64,000 bases of DNA from Terriglobia bacterium (GCA_041494885.1 JBGQBO010000012.1:2637-66636), one strand, 5' to 3'. Numbered from the stretch's first letter, positions 20,334-32,258 are shown. The notes: generated by a model not told the origin, from the sequence alone. Program-made: numbers and translations.

Positions 20334-21989
20334 GTGAGTACACAGACAATTCAGGACCCATCCCAGGCTGTCAACCTGCCGTCGGCAGAGGAAAAAGAGG
20401 ATCGGTTTCAATTTGTACAGCATCAGGTCATACAGCCCAAAACGACCTACACGGGCGCGCGCATTGACCCGCCCCACGTCGGACTGCCGAAGGTGACGCA
20501 ATCCCTTTGCCCGGAATGCACGAAGCTGATAGATGCCCTGGTCTTCGAAGAAGACGGCAAGGTCATGATGGAAAAGACCTGCCCTGAGCACGGATACGTG
20601 AAGGACGTCTGTTATTCAGACGCAAAGATGTACTTGAAAATGGAGCGGTGGCACTTTGGCGACAACCGGGGGGTTTCCAATCCTGCAATCCCCGACGCCA
20701 CGCGATGCCCGGAGCAGTGCGGCTTGTGCTCGATGCACACCTCCCACACCGGTCTGGCCAACGTCGACCTGACGAACCGCTGCAATTTGACATGCCCAGT
20801 CTGCTTCGCCAATGCCAATGCCTCGGGCTACCTCTACGAACCCTCGTTAGAGCACATCCGGAAGATGCTGCAGGCGCTGCGGAACGAGCGGCCCGTGGCC
20901 TGCCGGGTGGTCCAGTTTTCCGGCGGCGAACCCACCCTGCATCCCCGATTCATCGAGATCCTCCGGATGGCGGCCGAGATGGGCTTCTCTCATCTCCAGG
21001 CGGCCACCAACGGCATTAAGTTCCTCGACCTGGATTTCGCTATGGCGGCCAAGGAGGCCGGCCTGCACACCCTCTATCTTCAGTTCGACGGGGTTTGCGA
21101 CGACATCTACAAACGAACCCGCGGTGAATCCCTGTATGAGCAAAAACTCAAGGTCATCGAAAACTGCCGCAAGGCCGGGTTGAAGATCTGCTTTGTCCCC
21201 ACTATTGTGAAGGGATTGAACGATCATCAGATTGGCGACATCGTCCGGCTCGCTATCGAAAACGTGGATTGTACCAGCGCTATCAGTTTCCAGCCGGTCA
21301 CTTTTACCGGGCGCATTGCCAAGAGGGAACGGGAAGCCAAGCGCTTTACGATGACGGACGTAGCGCGGTGCGTCGAGGAGCAGACCGGACTGGCCGAACG
21401 CTACGAGGATTGGTTCCCACTGTCCTGTGTCACCCCCTTTTCAAAACTCCTCAGCGCCGTCAAAGGCGAAGAGACGACGCAGTTGAGCAGTCATCCTCAT
21501 TGTTCCATCGGCACTTATCTCTTTGTGAGTGAAGACCGCAAGGAAGCTGTGCCGATCACGCGGTTTGTCGACATCGGCGCCATGCTCCAGGCCATCGACG
21601 GCATTTCCCGCGAAACGAGTCGTGCGACGTTCAAGTTCTTCACCAAGATCAAGGTGTGGCAATCTTTGCAGAAGTACTTCAAACCGGAGCGCGCGCCCAA
21701 AGGGTTGACCTTTGCCAAGTTCCTGCAAACCCTGCAGGGTATGACCGACAAGAAATACGGCCGCGGAGGGAACGACGGCACGTTCACTTACCGGACGTTG
21801 ATGGTCGCCGGGATGCATTTCATGGATTCCTATAATTACGACGTCGAGCGCGTGAAGCGGTGCATCATTCATTACGCCGCGCCGAACGGCCTGATCTACC
21901 CCTTCTGCGCATATAATTCCGGACCCACGTTCCGGGAAATGATCGAGAAGAAGTACTCGGTGCCATTCAAAAAGAACGGTTCACACTAG
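20334..21989 (+). CDS. tes: Radical SAM tetraether lipid synthase (Tes / MJ0619 family) homolog
   Basis: SLCPEC..KTCPEHG rubredoxin-like site, CPEQCGLCSMH auxiliary cluster, NRCNLTCPVCFANA radical SAM motif, HPHC and GMHFMDSYNYDVERVKRCIIHY..PFCAYN C-terminal cluster region. GTG start with GAGGAG RBS. Confidence 0.85.
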   Translation: MSTQTIQDPSQAVNLPSAEEKEDRFQFVQHQVIQPKTTYTGARIDPPHVGLPKVTQSLCPECTKLIDALVFEEDGKVMMEKTCPEHGYVKDVCYSDAKMYLKMERWHFGDNRGVSNPAIPDATRCPEQCGLCSMHTSHTGLANVDLTNRCNLTCPVCFANANASGYLYEPSLEHIRKMLQALRNERPVACRVVQFSGGEPTLHPRFIEILRMAAEMGFSHLQAATNGIKFLDLDFAMAAKEAGLHTLYLQFDGVCDDIYKRTRGESLYEQKLKVIENCRKAGLKICFVPTIVKGLNDHQIGDIVRLAIENVDCTSAISFQPVTFTGRIAKREREAKRFTMTDVARCVEEQTGLAERYEDWFPLSCVTPFSKLLSAVKGEETTQLSSHPHCSIGTYLFVSEDRKEAVPITRFVDIGAMLQAIDGISRETSRATFKFFTKIKVWQSLQKYFKPERAPKGLTFAKFLQTLQGMTDKKYGRGGNDGTFTYRTLMVAGMHFMDSYNYDVERVKRCIIHYAAPNGLIYPFCAYNSGPTFREMIEKKYSVPFKKNGSH

Positions 21990-22101
21990 AAAGTAATTTC
22001 CGCGAGGCCGGCTGCCGGCCGGCCTTGCGCGACAGAGACTCGGGCTTCCCCTTGAGAAAATCCCAATTCAGGAAACAACGTAGAGGAAGGATTTTCCCGA
22101 T

Positions 22102-23742
22102 ATGTATACACGTGATGGCGCTCGCATCAAGACAGCTAAGCGACCGAATGTTCCTAGGCGAACCCAGCCGGCGCCTCCCACCCCCCATGACTTCGAACGG
22201 TACCTCAGCCATCCCCTGACCCGCAAAATCCTGAAGCGGCTGACGACGGGTCCTAATGGGCGCACGCCCATGGAGAAGATCTTCTATTCCTACCGGAACC
22301 CTGACGCGTCCCTTTCCGAAAGGATCAAGTACGCCCCCGTGCACAAGGCCATGGATTATTTTGTCGCCCGGACGCACACATCGCCGGAGCAGGCCGTGGA
22401 GAGAGTCTTTCATCACTGGCCGACGGTTCGAACGCTTCTGAACACCGCGCGTTCCGTGGCGACCCACGGTTTGCTGACCCCCCAGCGGTTTATCGCTCCC
22501 CTGCTGGTCGTCTGGAACATTACCAACGCCTGCAACCTCTCATGCAAACACTGCTACCAGGACGCGATTCACAAGCGCGGTACCGACGAACTGACCCGGG
22601 CTGAAAAATTGAACGTGGTCGACCAGCTTTCGGAGAACCTCGTGCCTCTGATCGCCCTAGCGGGCGGCGAGCCCCTGGTGGACCCCGATGTTTGGGCTGT
22701 TCTGGAGCGGGCTCAACAGAAGTTCGTGTACGCGACGCTCGCCACCAATGGAACCCTGCTGACTCCCCGCAACTGTGAGCGCCTGGCCTCCCTGGGCGTC
22801 AAATACGTCGAAGTCTCCCTGGACTCCATCGATCCGGCCGTTCATGACGGCTTTCGTCAGATGAAGGGCGCCTGGGCCCGGTCCATTGAGGGAATCAAGA
22901 ACGTGAATGCGGCGGGCATGCGATGCGGGATCGCCTGCTGCTTCACCCGGGATACGGTGGAACAGGCGCAGGAGATGATTAACCTGGCCATTTCCCTGAG
23001 CGCCAACACCTTCGTTCATTTCAATTTCATCCCCGTGGGACGGGGTGTGGAAATGGCCCACGAAGATATGTCCCCGTCGCAACGCGAAGGCCTCTTGCGA
23101 CTCCTTCTAAAAACATTGAACGAAGGAAAGATCAGTGTCATGTCGACAGCGCCTCAATTCGGGCGGGCTTGCCTGATGTTCGGAGATCCGGAGGGGATGA
23201 TGGCGATGGGACACGGCGGATCCGGCCGGGGCCAGCAGGCACGCGTCGTCTCCAAGTACATCGGCGGCTGCGGGGCCCACCGCTGTTATTGTTCGATCCA
23301 ACCCAACGGCCAGGTCAACCCGTGCGTCTATATGCCTACCCGGACCATCGGCGACCTCCGAACGACTCCCTTCACAGAAATCTGGAACCAGCCGCTGGAA
23401 GCGATCCTGAGTGACCGGGACGATCGGGGCGATCACTGCGGGGTCTGCGACTATCGCTTCTTCTGTGGAGGATGCCGCGCGCGGGCCGAGAGCTACACGG
23501 GGGACGTCCAGGCGGGTGATCCGGGATGCATTTACAATGAGCATATGTGGAACGAGATCCTTTCTCGCCGCCAGCATGAACTGAATACCCTGAACGACCT
23601 CACCGCCCGAAGGGTGGGTGTCGGTGGCCGGAGCTCAGGAACTTCTATATTGCCGACTGAATCGCGCCATACTCCCGATCCAGGATCGCCGGCGGCCGAC
23701 TCGAATGCGCCCGCCGAGTTAGGCTCGCACCCTTCTGCATGA
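22102..23742 (+). CDS. Radical SAM/SPASM protein, candidate GMGT synthase (Gms)-like
   Basis: Helical N-terminal extension, PQRFIAPLLVVWNITNACNLSCKHCY, SPASM GGCGAHRCY..PC..CGVC.YRFFCGGCRARA..DPGC; directly downstream of tes. The radical SAM/SPASM family call is secure; the Gms call is inferred. Confidence 0.7.
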   Translation: MYTRDGARIKTAKRPNVPRRTQPAPPTPHDFERYLSHPLTRKILKRLTTGPNGRTPMEKIFYSYRNPDASLSERIKYAPVHKAMDYFVARTHTSPEQAVERVFHHWPTVRTLLNTARSVATHGLLTPQRFIAPLLVVWNITNACNLSCKHCYQDAIHKRGTDELTRAEKLNVVDQLSENLVPLIALAGGEPLVDPDVWAVLERAQQKFVYATLATNGTLLTPRNCERLASLGVKYVEVSLDSIDPAVHDGFRQMKGAWARSIEGIKNVNAAGMRCGIACCFTRDTVEQAQEMINLAISLSANTFVHFNFIPVGRGVEMAHEDMSPSQREGLLRLLLKTLNEGKISVMSTAPQFGRACLMFGDPEGMMAMGHGGSGRGQQARVVSKYIGGCGAHRCYCSIQPNGQVNPCVYMPTRTIGDLRTTPFTEIWNQPLEAILSDRDDRGDHCGVCDYRFFCGGCRARAESYTGDVQAGDPGCIYNEHMWNEILSRRQHELNTLNDLTARRVGVGGRSSGTSILPTESRHTPDPGSPAADSNAPAELGSHPSA

Positions 23743-23853
23743 AGCACGGGAACCCATGAGTCCCCCTCTTCATGCGAATTCACTTGCGATGTGAATGCCT
23801 CCCCTCCTGCCTAACCAATGCGACGTTTTGACCGGGTGCCGCAGATCACCTGT

Positions 23854-23882
23854 TTGACAAACGCCTTTCCTCTCCCTAACAT
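23854..23882 (+). promoter_or_regulatory. Sigma70-type promoter
   Basis: TTGACA (23854-23859), 17 nt spacer, TAACAT (23877-23882). Confidence 0.6.
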
Positions 23883-23899
23883 CAAACCTCCGGCTGTCT

Positions 23900-24061
23900 G
23901 GGCATCCGCGGTCGCGGACAGTGCGCCCTGGTGGCGGGTCTCATATGAACAACTCCTGTGAGAATGAGAATCAACTCAACAACCGATTGAGACGTAACCA
24001 ATTCTAAAGCGCTCTATATTCCGATCACCCCCGGGCAGACTGTCCGCCACCGCGGATGCCC
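23900..24061. repeat. Long imperfect inverted repeat (REPIN-like)
   Basis: GGCATCCGCGGTCGCGGACAGTGCGCCC (23901-23928) pairs with GGGCAGACTGTCCGCCACCGCGGATGCC (24033-24060). Confidence 0.75.
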
Positions 24062-24083
24062 CGCGGGTTCTCCTGCAACTTAA

Positions 24084-25184
24084 ATGATTTCTCCAAAGTC
24101 AATCCTCATCATTCGCTGGGCGCGCCTGGGTGATGTGATTCTGTCGGAGCCCGCCGTGCGGTTGTGTCGCCAGATTTTTCCCGATGCCCGCATCAGTTAC
24201 CTCACTGGACACCGGTGCGCGCCGGTTCTGACCATGTTCCCGGATGTGGATGAGATTATTGCTTTGGATCGGGTGGCCCTGAGGGATGGAAACAAGATAT
24301 CGTCCATTGGAAGGATCTTTCGATTTGCCAATGAACTCCGAAACCGGAAATTCGATCTGGCCATTGACCTGATCGGATTTCGCGAATCCGAACTGCTCGT
24401 CTTTTGGAGCGGCGCCCGCTGGCGGGTCGGCCTGAAGCGATTTCAAAAACCCTACTGGAGATTCTGCTTTAATCTGCCTCCCGTGGCCGAGGACAAATCT
24501 CTTCTTGTCGCTGAAATGTTCCATACCGTGGTTCAGAGCCTTGCCTCCAACCCCTCTTTTCGACGGGCAATCGGTGGACATTCATCCGAATCCGCCGCGG
24601 ATGAATTTCCACTTTCTCCAATCGGGGACTGCATCATCCCCCGCCTCGAAGTGACGACTGCCGCTGAAGCAAAGGCGTGCGAATTCTGGATCCAACAGGG
24701 CCTGGATCAACTGGATGAGGTATACGGATTTCAGATGTCGGCCTCGGGGGAAATTCGAACGTGGCCGGTGGAGCGATTCATCGATCTGGCGGCTCGCATC
24801 GTCATCCATGCCCGGGGAAAAAACCGCCGTGCGGGGTTTGTAAACTTTTCTGCCGCTCACGAAGCCTCATTGTGCGAGGAGATGACCCGGGACATGCAGT
24901 CGGCCGGAAACTTCGCGGTGGCAGCCATCGGTCCACAGGATCGAGCCGAAGCGATTCCCCAGCTCGCCGGGTTGTTGAAACGCTGCACCGCGGTCGTGAG
25001 CAACGACACCGGACCCATGCATTTGAGTGCAGCCGTCGGCACCCCGACGCTGGGTCTGTTCAGTATCGGGGTCACGGAACATTATCGGCCTTTGGGTGCA
25101 AAGTGCGGCTTTCTTAAGAAAAACCCCCTCTCGCAACTTACAGTGGAAGAGGTCTGGAAAGAATTGGTCCGCATGTTGGAATGA
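24084..25184 (+). CDS. Glycosyltransferase family 9 (ADP-heptose:LPS heptosyltransferase-like)
   Basis: ILIIRWARLGDVIL, RTWP.ERF and SNDTGPMHLSAAVGTPTLGLF motifs. Confidence 0.9.
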   Translation: MISPKSILIIRWARLGDVILSEPAVRLCRQIFPDARISYLTGHRCAPVLTMFPDVDEIIALDRVALRDGNKISSIGRIFRFANELRNRKFDLAIDLIGFRESELLVFWSGARWRVGLKRFQKPYWRFCFNLPPVAEDKSLLVAEMFHTVVQSLASNPSFRRAIGGHSSESAADEFPLSPIGDCIIPRLEVTTAAEAKACEFWIQQGLDQLDEVYGFQMSASGEIRTWPVERFIDLAARIVIHARGKNRRAGFVNFSAAHEASLCEEMTRDMQSAGNFAVAAIGPQDRAEAIPQLAGLLKRCTAVVSNDTGPMHLSAAVGTPTLGLFSIGVTEHYRPLGAKCGFLKKNPLSQLTVEEVWKELVRMLE

Positions 25185-25364
25185 ACCGTGATGCCCTCCT
25201 CAGCCCGGCTGGGTCGCTGTCACTTGTGGTATAATTAAATCCTCCGTGCGGAGATTTTTGGGTTCGCCGAGCGAACTGTGAGAACGGGACGAGGTCCGTC
25301 GCAGACTCGCCAGCCCAGGTCTCCCAATACATTTCGAAGTCAAGTTAGGGGCCCGCGTCATTGA

Positions 25365-27461
<2,097 letters not shown>

Positions 27462-27486
27462 GTCCGCGCTCGAATCTAAGGTCTCA

Positions 27487-28023
27487 TTATCGGCCGAAAC
27501 CTCCCCCCGGTCCTGAAAAAGTGTAGATCACCTTTTCCGCCGTGTCTGCCGTCGGCCCGTAAACTGACGGCACGAGAATATTGAGCAGGCGGAGGTAAAC
27601 CAACAACTGCCCCCGATGATGGGTGGAGTGGTTGATTCTTCTCGTGAGCACCCACGCCCGCGACCGGGGCACATCAAAAAAGGTTGTGATCTCCTGCCAC
27701 CACGGATCTGACTTTTCCCGCATCATTTCAAGCCGGCGCCCGGCGTCGGCGTGATACTTCTCAATAAAGCCTTGCTTGCTCCTTTGGGTGGGATTGGGAT
27801 CCCCTGTGTCCACTCCGAGCATGGTCTTCATCCAGCGCCCCTCGGATTGAACCTGGTGCTCCATTTGCTCAAGGACTCTGCGTGACTTGGGGTGCGGCCG
27901 AAAATCCATGTTCGATTCGGGGAATGACGACCAGATGCCGATGATCTTCATGATCTCCGTTTCGTAGGTATCAAGCAGAAAATTGTAAGTGCTCTCTCTG
28001 TTTTGTGACAAGGCAACCTCCAT
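27487..28023 (-). CDS. DinB family protein
   Basis: FRPHPKSR...H and HSTHHRGQL.VYLR..VPSVYGP motifs. Confidence 0.85.
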   Translation of the reverse strand: MEVALSQNRESTYNFLLDTYETEIMKIIGIWSSFPESNMDFRPHPKSRRVLEQMEHQVQSEGRWMKTMLGVDTGDPNPTQRSKQGFIEKYHADAGRRLEMMREKSDPWWQEITTFFDVPRSRAWVLTRRINHSTHHRGQLLVYLRLLNILVPSVYGPTADTAEKVIYTFSGPGGGFGR

Positions 28024-28077
28024 TTGTCATCATGCCAGGATCCAGACGACTCGAATAAGAATATCCTTCAGTTTCTT

Positions 28078-28440
28078 CTATGTTCTCCGCGGATCAGAGC
28101 GGGTGCTTGACACCGGGTTCTTTTTTTCAATCCGCTTCAGGTACACATCGATCTCTTTGACCGTCTGCCCATCGCCGTGCTGTTCAGCGAGCCGGCGCCC
28201 CGTGAGGAATGAATCCTTCGCCGCCTCGAGATTTCCGGACCTTTCCAGGGCTTTTCCCATCTCCCGGTAGGCGGCGGCATAATCGGGCTTGAGTTCAATC
28301 ACACGCTTGAGGGAGACGGCCGCTTCTTCAAATCGTCCGGCCTTCATGTATTCCTGCGCCAAACCGTAGTGAACGAGTTCATCTTCGGGAGTCAACTCCG
28401 CCAGTTCAAGAAAGTCATTGATCCTGGAATCCGGTTCCAT
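28078..28440 (-). CDS. Small TPR protein
   Basis: Two TPR units (YGLAQEY; PDYAAAYREMGKAL). Confidence 0.8.
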   Translation of the reverse strand: MEPDSRINDFLELAELTPEDELVHYGLAQEYMKAGRFEEAAVSLKRVIELKPDYAAAYREMGKALERSGNLEAAKDSFLTGRRLAEQHGDGQTVKEIDVYLKRIEKKNPVSSTRSDPRRT

Positions 28441-28560
28441 GATGACTCTACCTGTATTTTTGAAATTCGACTGGACGCAGACCAACACAGATGAATGCTG
28501 GGTGAACAACAGCTAACCGCATTTGCAGTTCGCTTCCATCCATAGATTATCGGGACGCCC

Positions 28561-29403
28561 CTACCGATCGTTCATAAAGAGCTGATTCATAAAAGCGTAT
28601 TTGACTGGGCTTTCCAGGGTGGCATAGGTCCCCTGCTCCAGAAGTTCGCGGGCGATTTGCTGGACCAATCCCATCGTCGCGCACATCGGCTTGGACCCAA
28701 CGCTGACGCGTGCGACCCCCATCTCCTGGAGTTTTGGAATCGCAGGGCAGCCCGGACCCGCAAGGATGTTCAGCGGCCCATCGATGGCCTTGACGAGACG
28801 GGTAATGGTTTCAGCATCAATCACCCCCGGAACAAACAGGCAGTCAGCACCCGCCTTTCGGTATGCATTCGCACGGCGGACCGCATGGTTGAACCGGCCC
28901 GCCGGCTCTCCAACTCCCGCCAGAAAGACGTCTGTGCGGGCGTTGATGACAAGCGGTACGCCAGCCGATGCGGCCATTTCGCGTATCGCCCGGATCTTGT
29001 CCGACTGGACATCGACCTCTTCGAGTTCCGGGAGGGTTTCTCCTTTCCCGTCCTCAAAATTGATCCCGACTGCGCCGGTCGCCATCACCGCCCTGACGTT
29101 CTCAACAATGGCCTCAATCGTTTTCCCGTATCCTGCTTCGAAGTCTGCGGTCACGGGCAGGTCGACCGCTCGGGCGATCCGTCTCACGGATTCGACCATC
29201 TCAGGGCAACTGATGTACTGACCATCCGCATATCCCAGTGAAAAAGCGATCCCAGCGCTGCTGGTTGCAATAGCCCGCGCGCCGGCTTCTTCCACCAGGC
29301 GCGCGCTCGCCACATCCCACACGTTGGGAAGAACCAGGATATGTCCGCCCTGATGAAGCCCGCGAAAATAGTGTGCCTTTTCTACCTGCGTCTGAATGGC
29401 CAT
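28561..29403 (-). CDS. Isocitrate lyase / PEP mutase family protein
   Basis: LPNVWD, ATSS, DFEAGYG, NFEDG, INARTD, AGADCLFVPG motifs. Confidence 0.9.
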   Translation of the reverse strand: MAIQTQVEKAHYFRGLHQGGHILVLPNVWDVASARLVEEAGARAIATSSAGIAFSLGYADGQYISCPEMVESVRRIARAVDLPVTADFEAGYGKTIEAIVENVRAVMATGAVGINFEDGKGETLPELEEVDVQSDKIRAIREMAASAGVPLVINARTDVFLAGVGEPAGRFNHAVRRANAYRKAGADCLFVPGVIDAETITRLVKAIDGPLNILAGPGCPAIPKLQEMGVARVSVGSKPMCATMGLVQQIARELLEQGTYATLESPVKYAFMNQLFMNDR

Positions 29404-29494
29404 ACGGCAATCCTTCTTCAGTGGGTTGATGAGTCTTGAACGTCAGGCAAGGATACCGTTTTTTCAAAGCGGTCTCAAGAGGACTGTGGGGGAC

Positions 29495-29526
29495 GTAGGG
29501 GTGCCCGCCGCGGCGGGCGCCCCTAC
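29495..29526. repeat. GTAG-type REP palindrome
   Basis: GTAGGGGTGCCCGCCGCGGCGGGCGCCCCTAC. Confidence 0.8.
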
Positions 29527-29570
29527 AGGAAATCATCGGAGTGCTCCACAGAAGACCCTTGGCAGGAATC

Positions 29571-32066
29571 CTACTTCCCCCTCACCCAGGCTGCGCGGAC
29601 GGGCGCGGGCATTTCTGAATCTCGACCTTTGATGGATTTCCAGATGATCTCATTTAGTTCGAGATCAGGAGCAGAATCCTCCCTTGTGAAATCGAATGCG
29701 GCACTGCGCTGGGATCCCGGTGAGGTTGCAGGGTTCTTTTCATCGAGCGGCACTGGGACAGGAAGGGCGGTGAAGGGCTTGAGATCCGCGGTCTCGGTAA
29801 AGGAGTTCCACATGGGTGTTGCCGCCGCGTCGTACTGGCTCATGGGCGGCAGCCCGAGAACCAGCTCGATCGTGCGAAGCATCGAAGAAGTGGAGTACAT
29901 GGTCGAGTCGACGAAACCATGTTTGGTGTAAGGGCTGACCACCAGCGCCACGGTGCGATGGGCATCGACGTGGTCGGGCCCGTTCTGGGCGTCGTCTTCG
30001 ACCACGAAGATCGCCGTACTTTTCCAATAAACGCTCTGTGAAACGGCTTCCACCAGCCGACCCAAAGCCAGGTCATTGTCGGCCACAAAGGCCCGAGGTG
30101 TCGGTTTTCCCGCCGCCGTCCCCTCGGTATGATCGTTCGGAAGCCGAAGGATTTGGAGGCGGGGAAGATGGCCCTTCTCTTCGAACTCACGGAACTCTCG
30201 AAGCCATTCATCCACGCGTTTCTGGTCAGGGTAATTGAGATCCCAAGGGCGATACATGGGGTCAAAATGACCTTCCAGGCTTTTTTCACGGGCGCGCGAG
30301 GGAAGTTCGGGGGACTTGGAGGCCTCGATGAACTCCCCGTAGCTTCGATAACTCACACCGGCCCGGGCCGCATAGTCCCACAGAAATCCCCGCGTGGGGT
30401 TGGAGACCTCAACGCCTCCTTCATAATCGTACTCGCGGCCCCGCTCGGAGTAGTTCGTGGGCCAGGTCTTTTCCACGTAGTCCGTCGCATAGGCCGCCAT
30501 CGACCAGTTGTGGCCATCGGCGCTTACTTCGGCATTAGCATAGAAATTATCAAGCAAAACAAACTGTCGCACCAGCGCATGATGGTTGGGTGTCACTTCA
30601 TCGCCAAATAGCGCCAGATTCGGGTCACCATTGCCTTCTTTGATGTCGCCGAAAACCTGGTCGTAGGTTCGGTTCTCTTTAATGATGTAGATGACATGCT
30701 TGATGGGTGAATCCTCCCCCGCCCTTCGAGGAATGGCCGTCAGGACTGGAGAGGTCTTCAGAATCGGCTGGTACGGTGAATTTCCGTAAACTTGCGCGGT
30801 GAATCTCTTTAACGCCGCCGGCCCCGGGACGGGGATGATACTCAATACTCCGGCGAACATGCGGCCAATGTATTCGGTTTCCTTGGTTCGTTTTACATTT
30901 GGGTTTGGACCCCGCGGATTGGCTTTCGACGCCAATCCCTTTCCGCTGGTCACATAGAGCGTTTTGTCGTCCGGGCTCAACACCAGGGCCGTGGGGTACC
31001 ATCCCACCGGGATAAAGCCGTCGACAACACTCCGGGCGCGTCCTTGCCCGGCAAGTGCGATCACCGCCACGGCATTGTTATCGGCATTGGCCACGAATAA
31101 CCTTCTGCCATCATGGCTCATGGCGATCGCGTTGGTAGTGGACCCGATGGGAGAGTTCGGATAGAGCGCCACCGAGATGGTCTCAATGGTCCGGTGAGCC
31201 GCGAGGTCCACGACTGACACGGAATTCGAATTGGCATTCGCCACGTAAAGACGTTTCCCGTTGGGAGCGAGGACAAGGTCGTTGGGATGGTCACCCACGG
31301 TAATCCGACGGATTTCATTCAGGGCAACCGTATCTACTACAGACACGGACCGAGAACCCCAATTGCTGACGTATACTTGGTGGCCATCGGGCGAGACCAC
31401 GCAGGTGTAAGGATGATCGCCCACCCCAATTTTTCGGGCAACACTCTTCGTTTTCAGATCCACGACCGCGAGCTCATTGGACAGATTAAGCGCCGTATAG
31501 AGCCTACTTCCCTGGGCATCGAGGCACAGGCCGGAGGCGAACAGGGACTGCTCCCGGTCCCCGATCACGATTTCTTCGGCCCGGGGTTGGATTCCGCGGT
31601 CCGTGCCATAAATAAAAATCTTGTTGTCCCCTCCTCCTGAGGCATACAGCTTCTTTCCATCACTGGAAAATTGCAGTCCGAGCCAGGCACGCTCCATGGG
31701 GATGGACAGAACCTTTTCCTGCTGCTCCACATCAATGACCGTCAAACCCTGGGCCCCGTAACCATTGTTGGTGGTCACCACGAGTTTTCCGTCAGGGCTG
31801 ACTGCAATTCGCAACGGGAGATCACCCAGCGACACGTGGGTTCCGGCCGGGGTCAGCTTCCACCCGTTCGGAAGCAGGTGTCCCTCGGGCTCTCCCGCCT
31901 TGGCAGGCAGCGGGGAGGGAGTGATACGAGCAGGTTGGACCGAACCTACGGAACCCTCTGGCGGTTGTTTTTCCTGGGCGGGCAAAGGGACATCGCCGAA
32001 GGTCAAAACCAAGCACAACAACACTAAAGCGAAGTATCGAATTTCAGTACGCGAGCAAGAAAACAT
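29571..32066 (-). CDS. Exported YncE/YVTN beta-propeller fused to a phosphoesterase (alkaline phosphatase superfamily)
   Basis: Signal peptide, YVTN-like repeats, IKHVIYIIKENRTYD, NDHT, EDDAQNGPDHVDAHR. Confidence 0.88.
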   Translation of the reverse strand: MFSCSRTEIRYFALVLLCLVLTFGDVPLPAQEKQPPEGSVGSVQPARITPSPLPAKAGEPEGHLLPNGWKLTPAGTHVSLGDLPLRIAVSPDGKLVVTTNNGYGAQGLTVIDVEQQEKVLSIPMERAWLGLQFSSDGKKLYASGGGDNKIFIYGTDRGIQPRAEEIVIGDREQSLFASGLCLDAQGSRLYTALNLSNELAVVDLKTKSVARKIGVGDHPYTCVVSPDGHQVYVSNWGSRSVSVVDTVALNEIRRITVGDHPNDLVLAPNGKRLYVANANSNSVSVVDLAAHRTIETISVALYPNSPIGSTTNAIAMSHDGRRLFVANADNNAVAVIALAGQGRARSVVDGFIPVGWYPTALVLSPDDKTLYVTSGKGLASKANPRGPNPNVKRTKETEYIGRMFAGVLSIIPVPGPAALKRFTAQVYGNSPYQPILKTSPVLTAIPRRAGEDSPIKHVIYIIKENRTYDQVFGDIKEGNGDPNLALFGDEVTPNHHALVRQFVLLDNFYANAEVSADGHNWSMAAYATDYVEKTWPTNYSERGREYDYEGGVEVSNPTRGFLWDYAARAGVSYRSYGEFIEASKSPELPSRAREKSLEGHFDPMYRPWDLNYPDQKRVDEWLREFREFEEKGHLPRLQILRLPNDHTEGTAAGKPTPRAFVADNDLALGRLVEAVSQSVYWKSTAIFVVEDDAQNGPDHVDAHRTVALVVSPYTKHGFVDSTMYSTSSMLRTIELVLGLPPMSQYDAAATPMWNSFTETADLKPFTALPVPVPLDEKNPATSPGSQRSAAFDFTREDSAPDLELNEIIWKSIKGRDSEMPAPVRAAWVRGK

Positions 32067-32224
32067 TAGGCCTCCAGATTGAGAGTGCAAGTATGGGCTT
32101 TCTTATGGTGATGGGTGACAATGGCATCCTGAATACGGCGTGGGAGTATTGAATTTTGGCTGCAGCAATTTCTCAAGAATTAAAGGCTGGTCCGTAAAAA
32201 AATTCAAGCAGAAAAAGAGGGGGG

Positions 32225-32258
32225 TGTAGGGGCGTCCGCCGTGGCGGACGCCCCTACA
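32225..32258. repeat. GTAG-type REP palindrome
   Basis: Perfect hairpin TGTAGGGGCGTCCGCC-GT-GGCGGACGCCCCTACA. Confidence 0.85.

Noticed and set aside
22102-23742. RiPP maturase or heme (Ahb/NirJ) interpretation of the SPASM protein
   Set aside because: No precursor peptide, PqqD/RRE, transporter or heme genes nearby. Disfavoured rather than excluded; phylogeny is needed.
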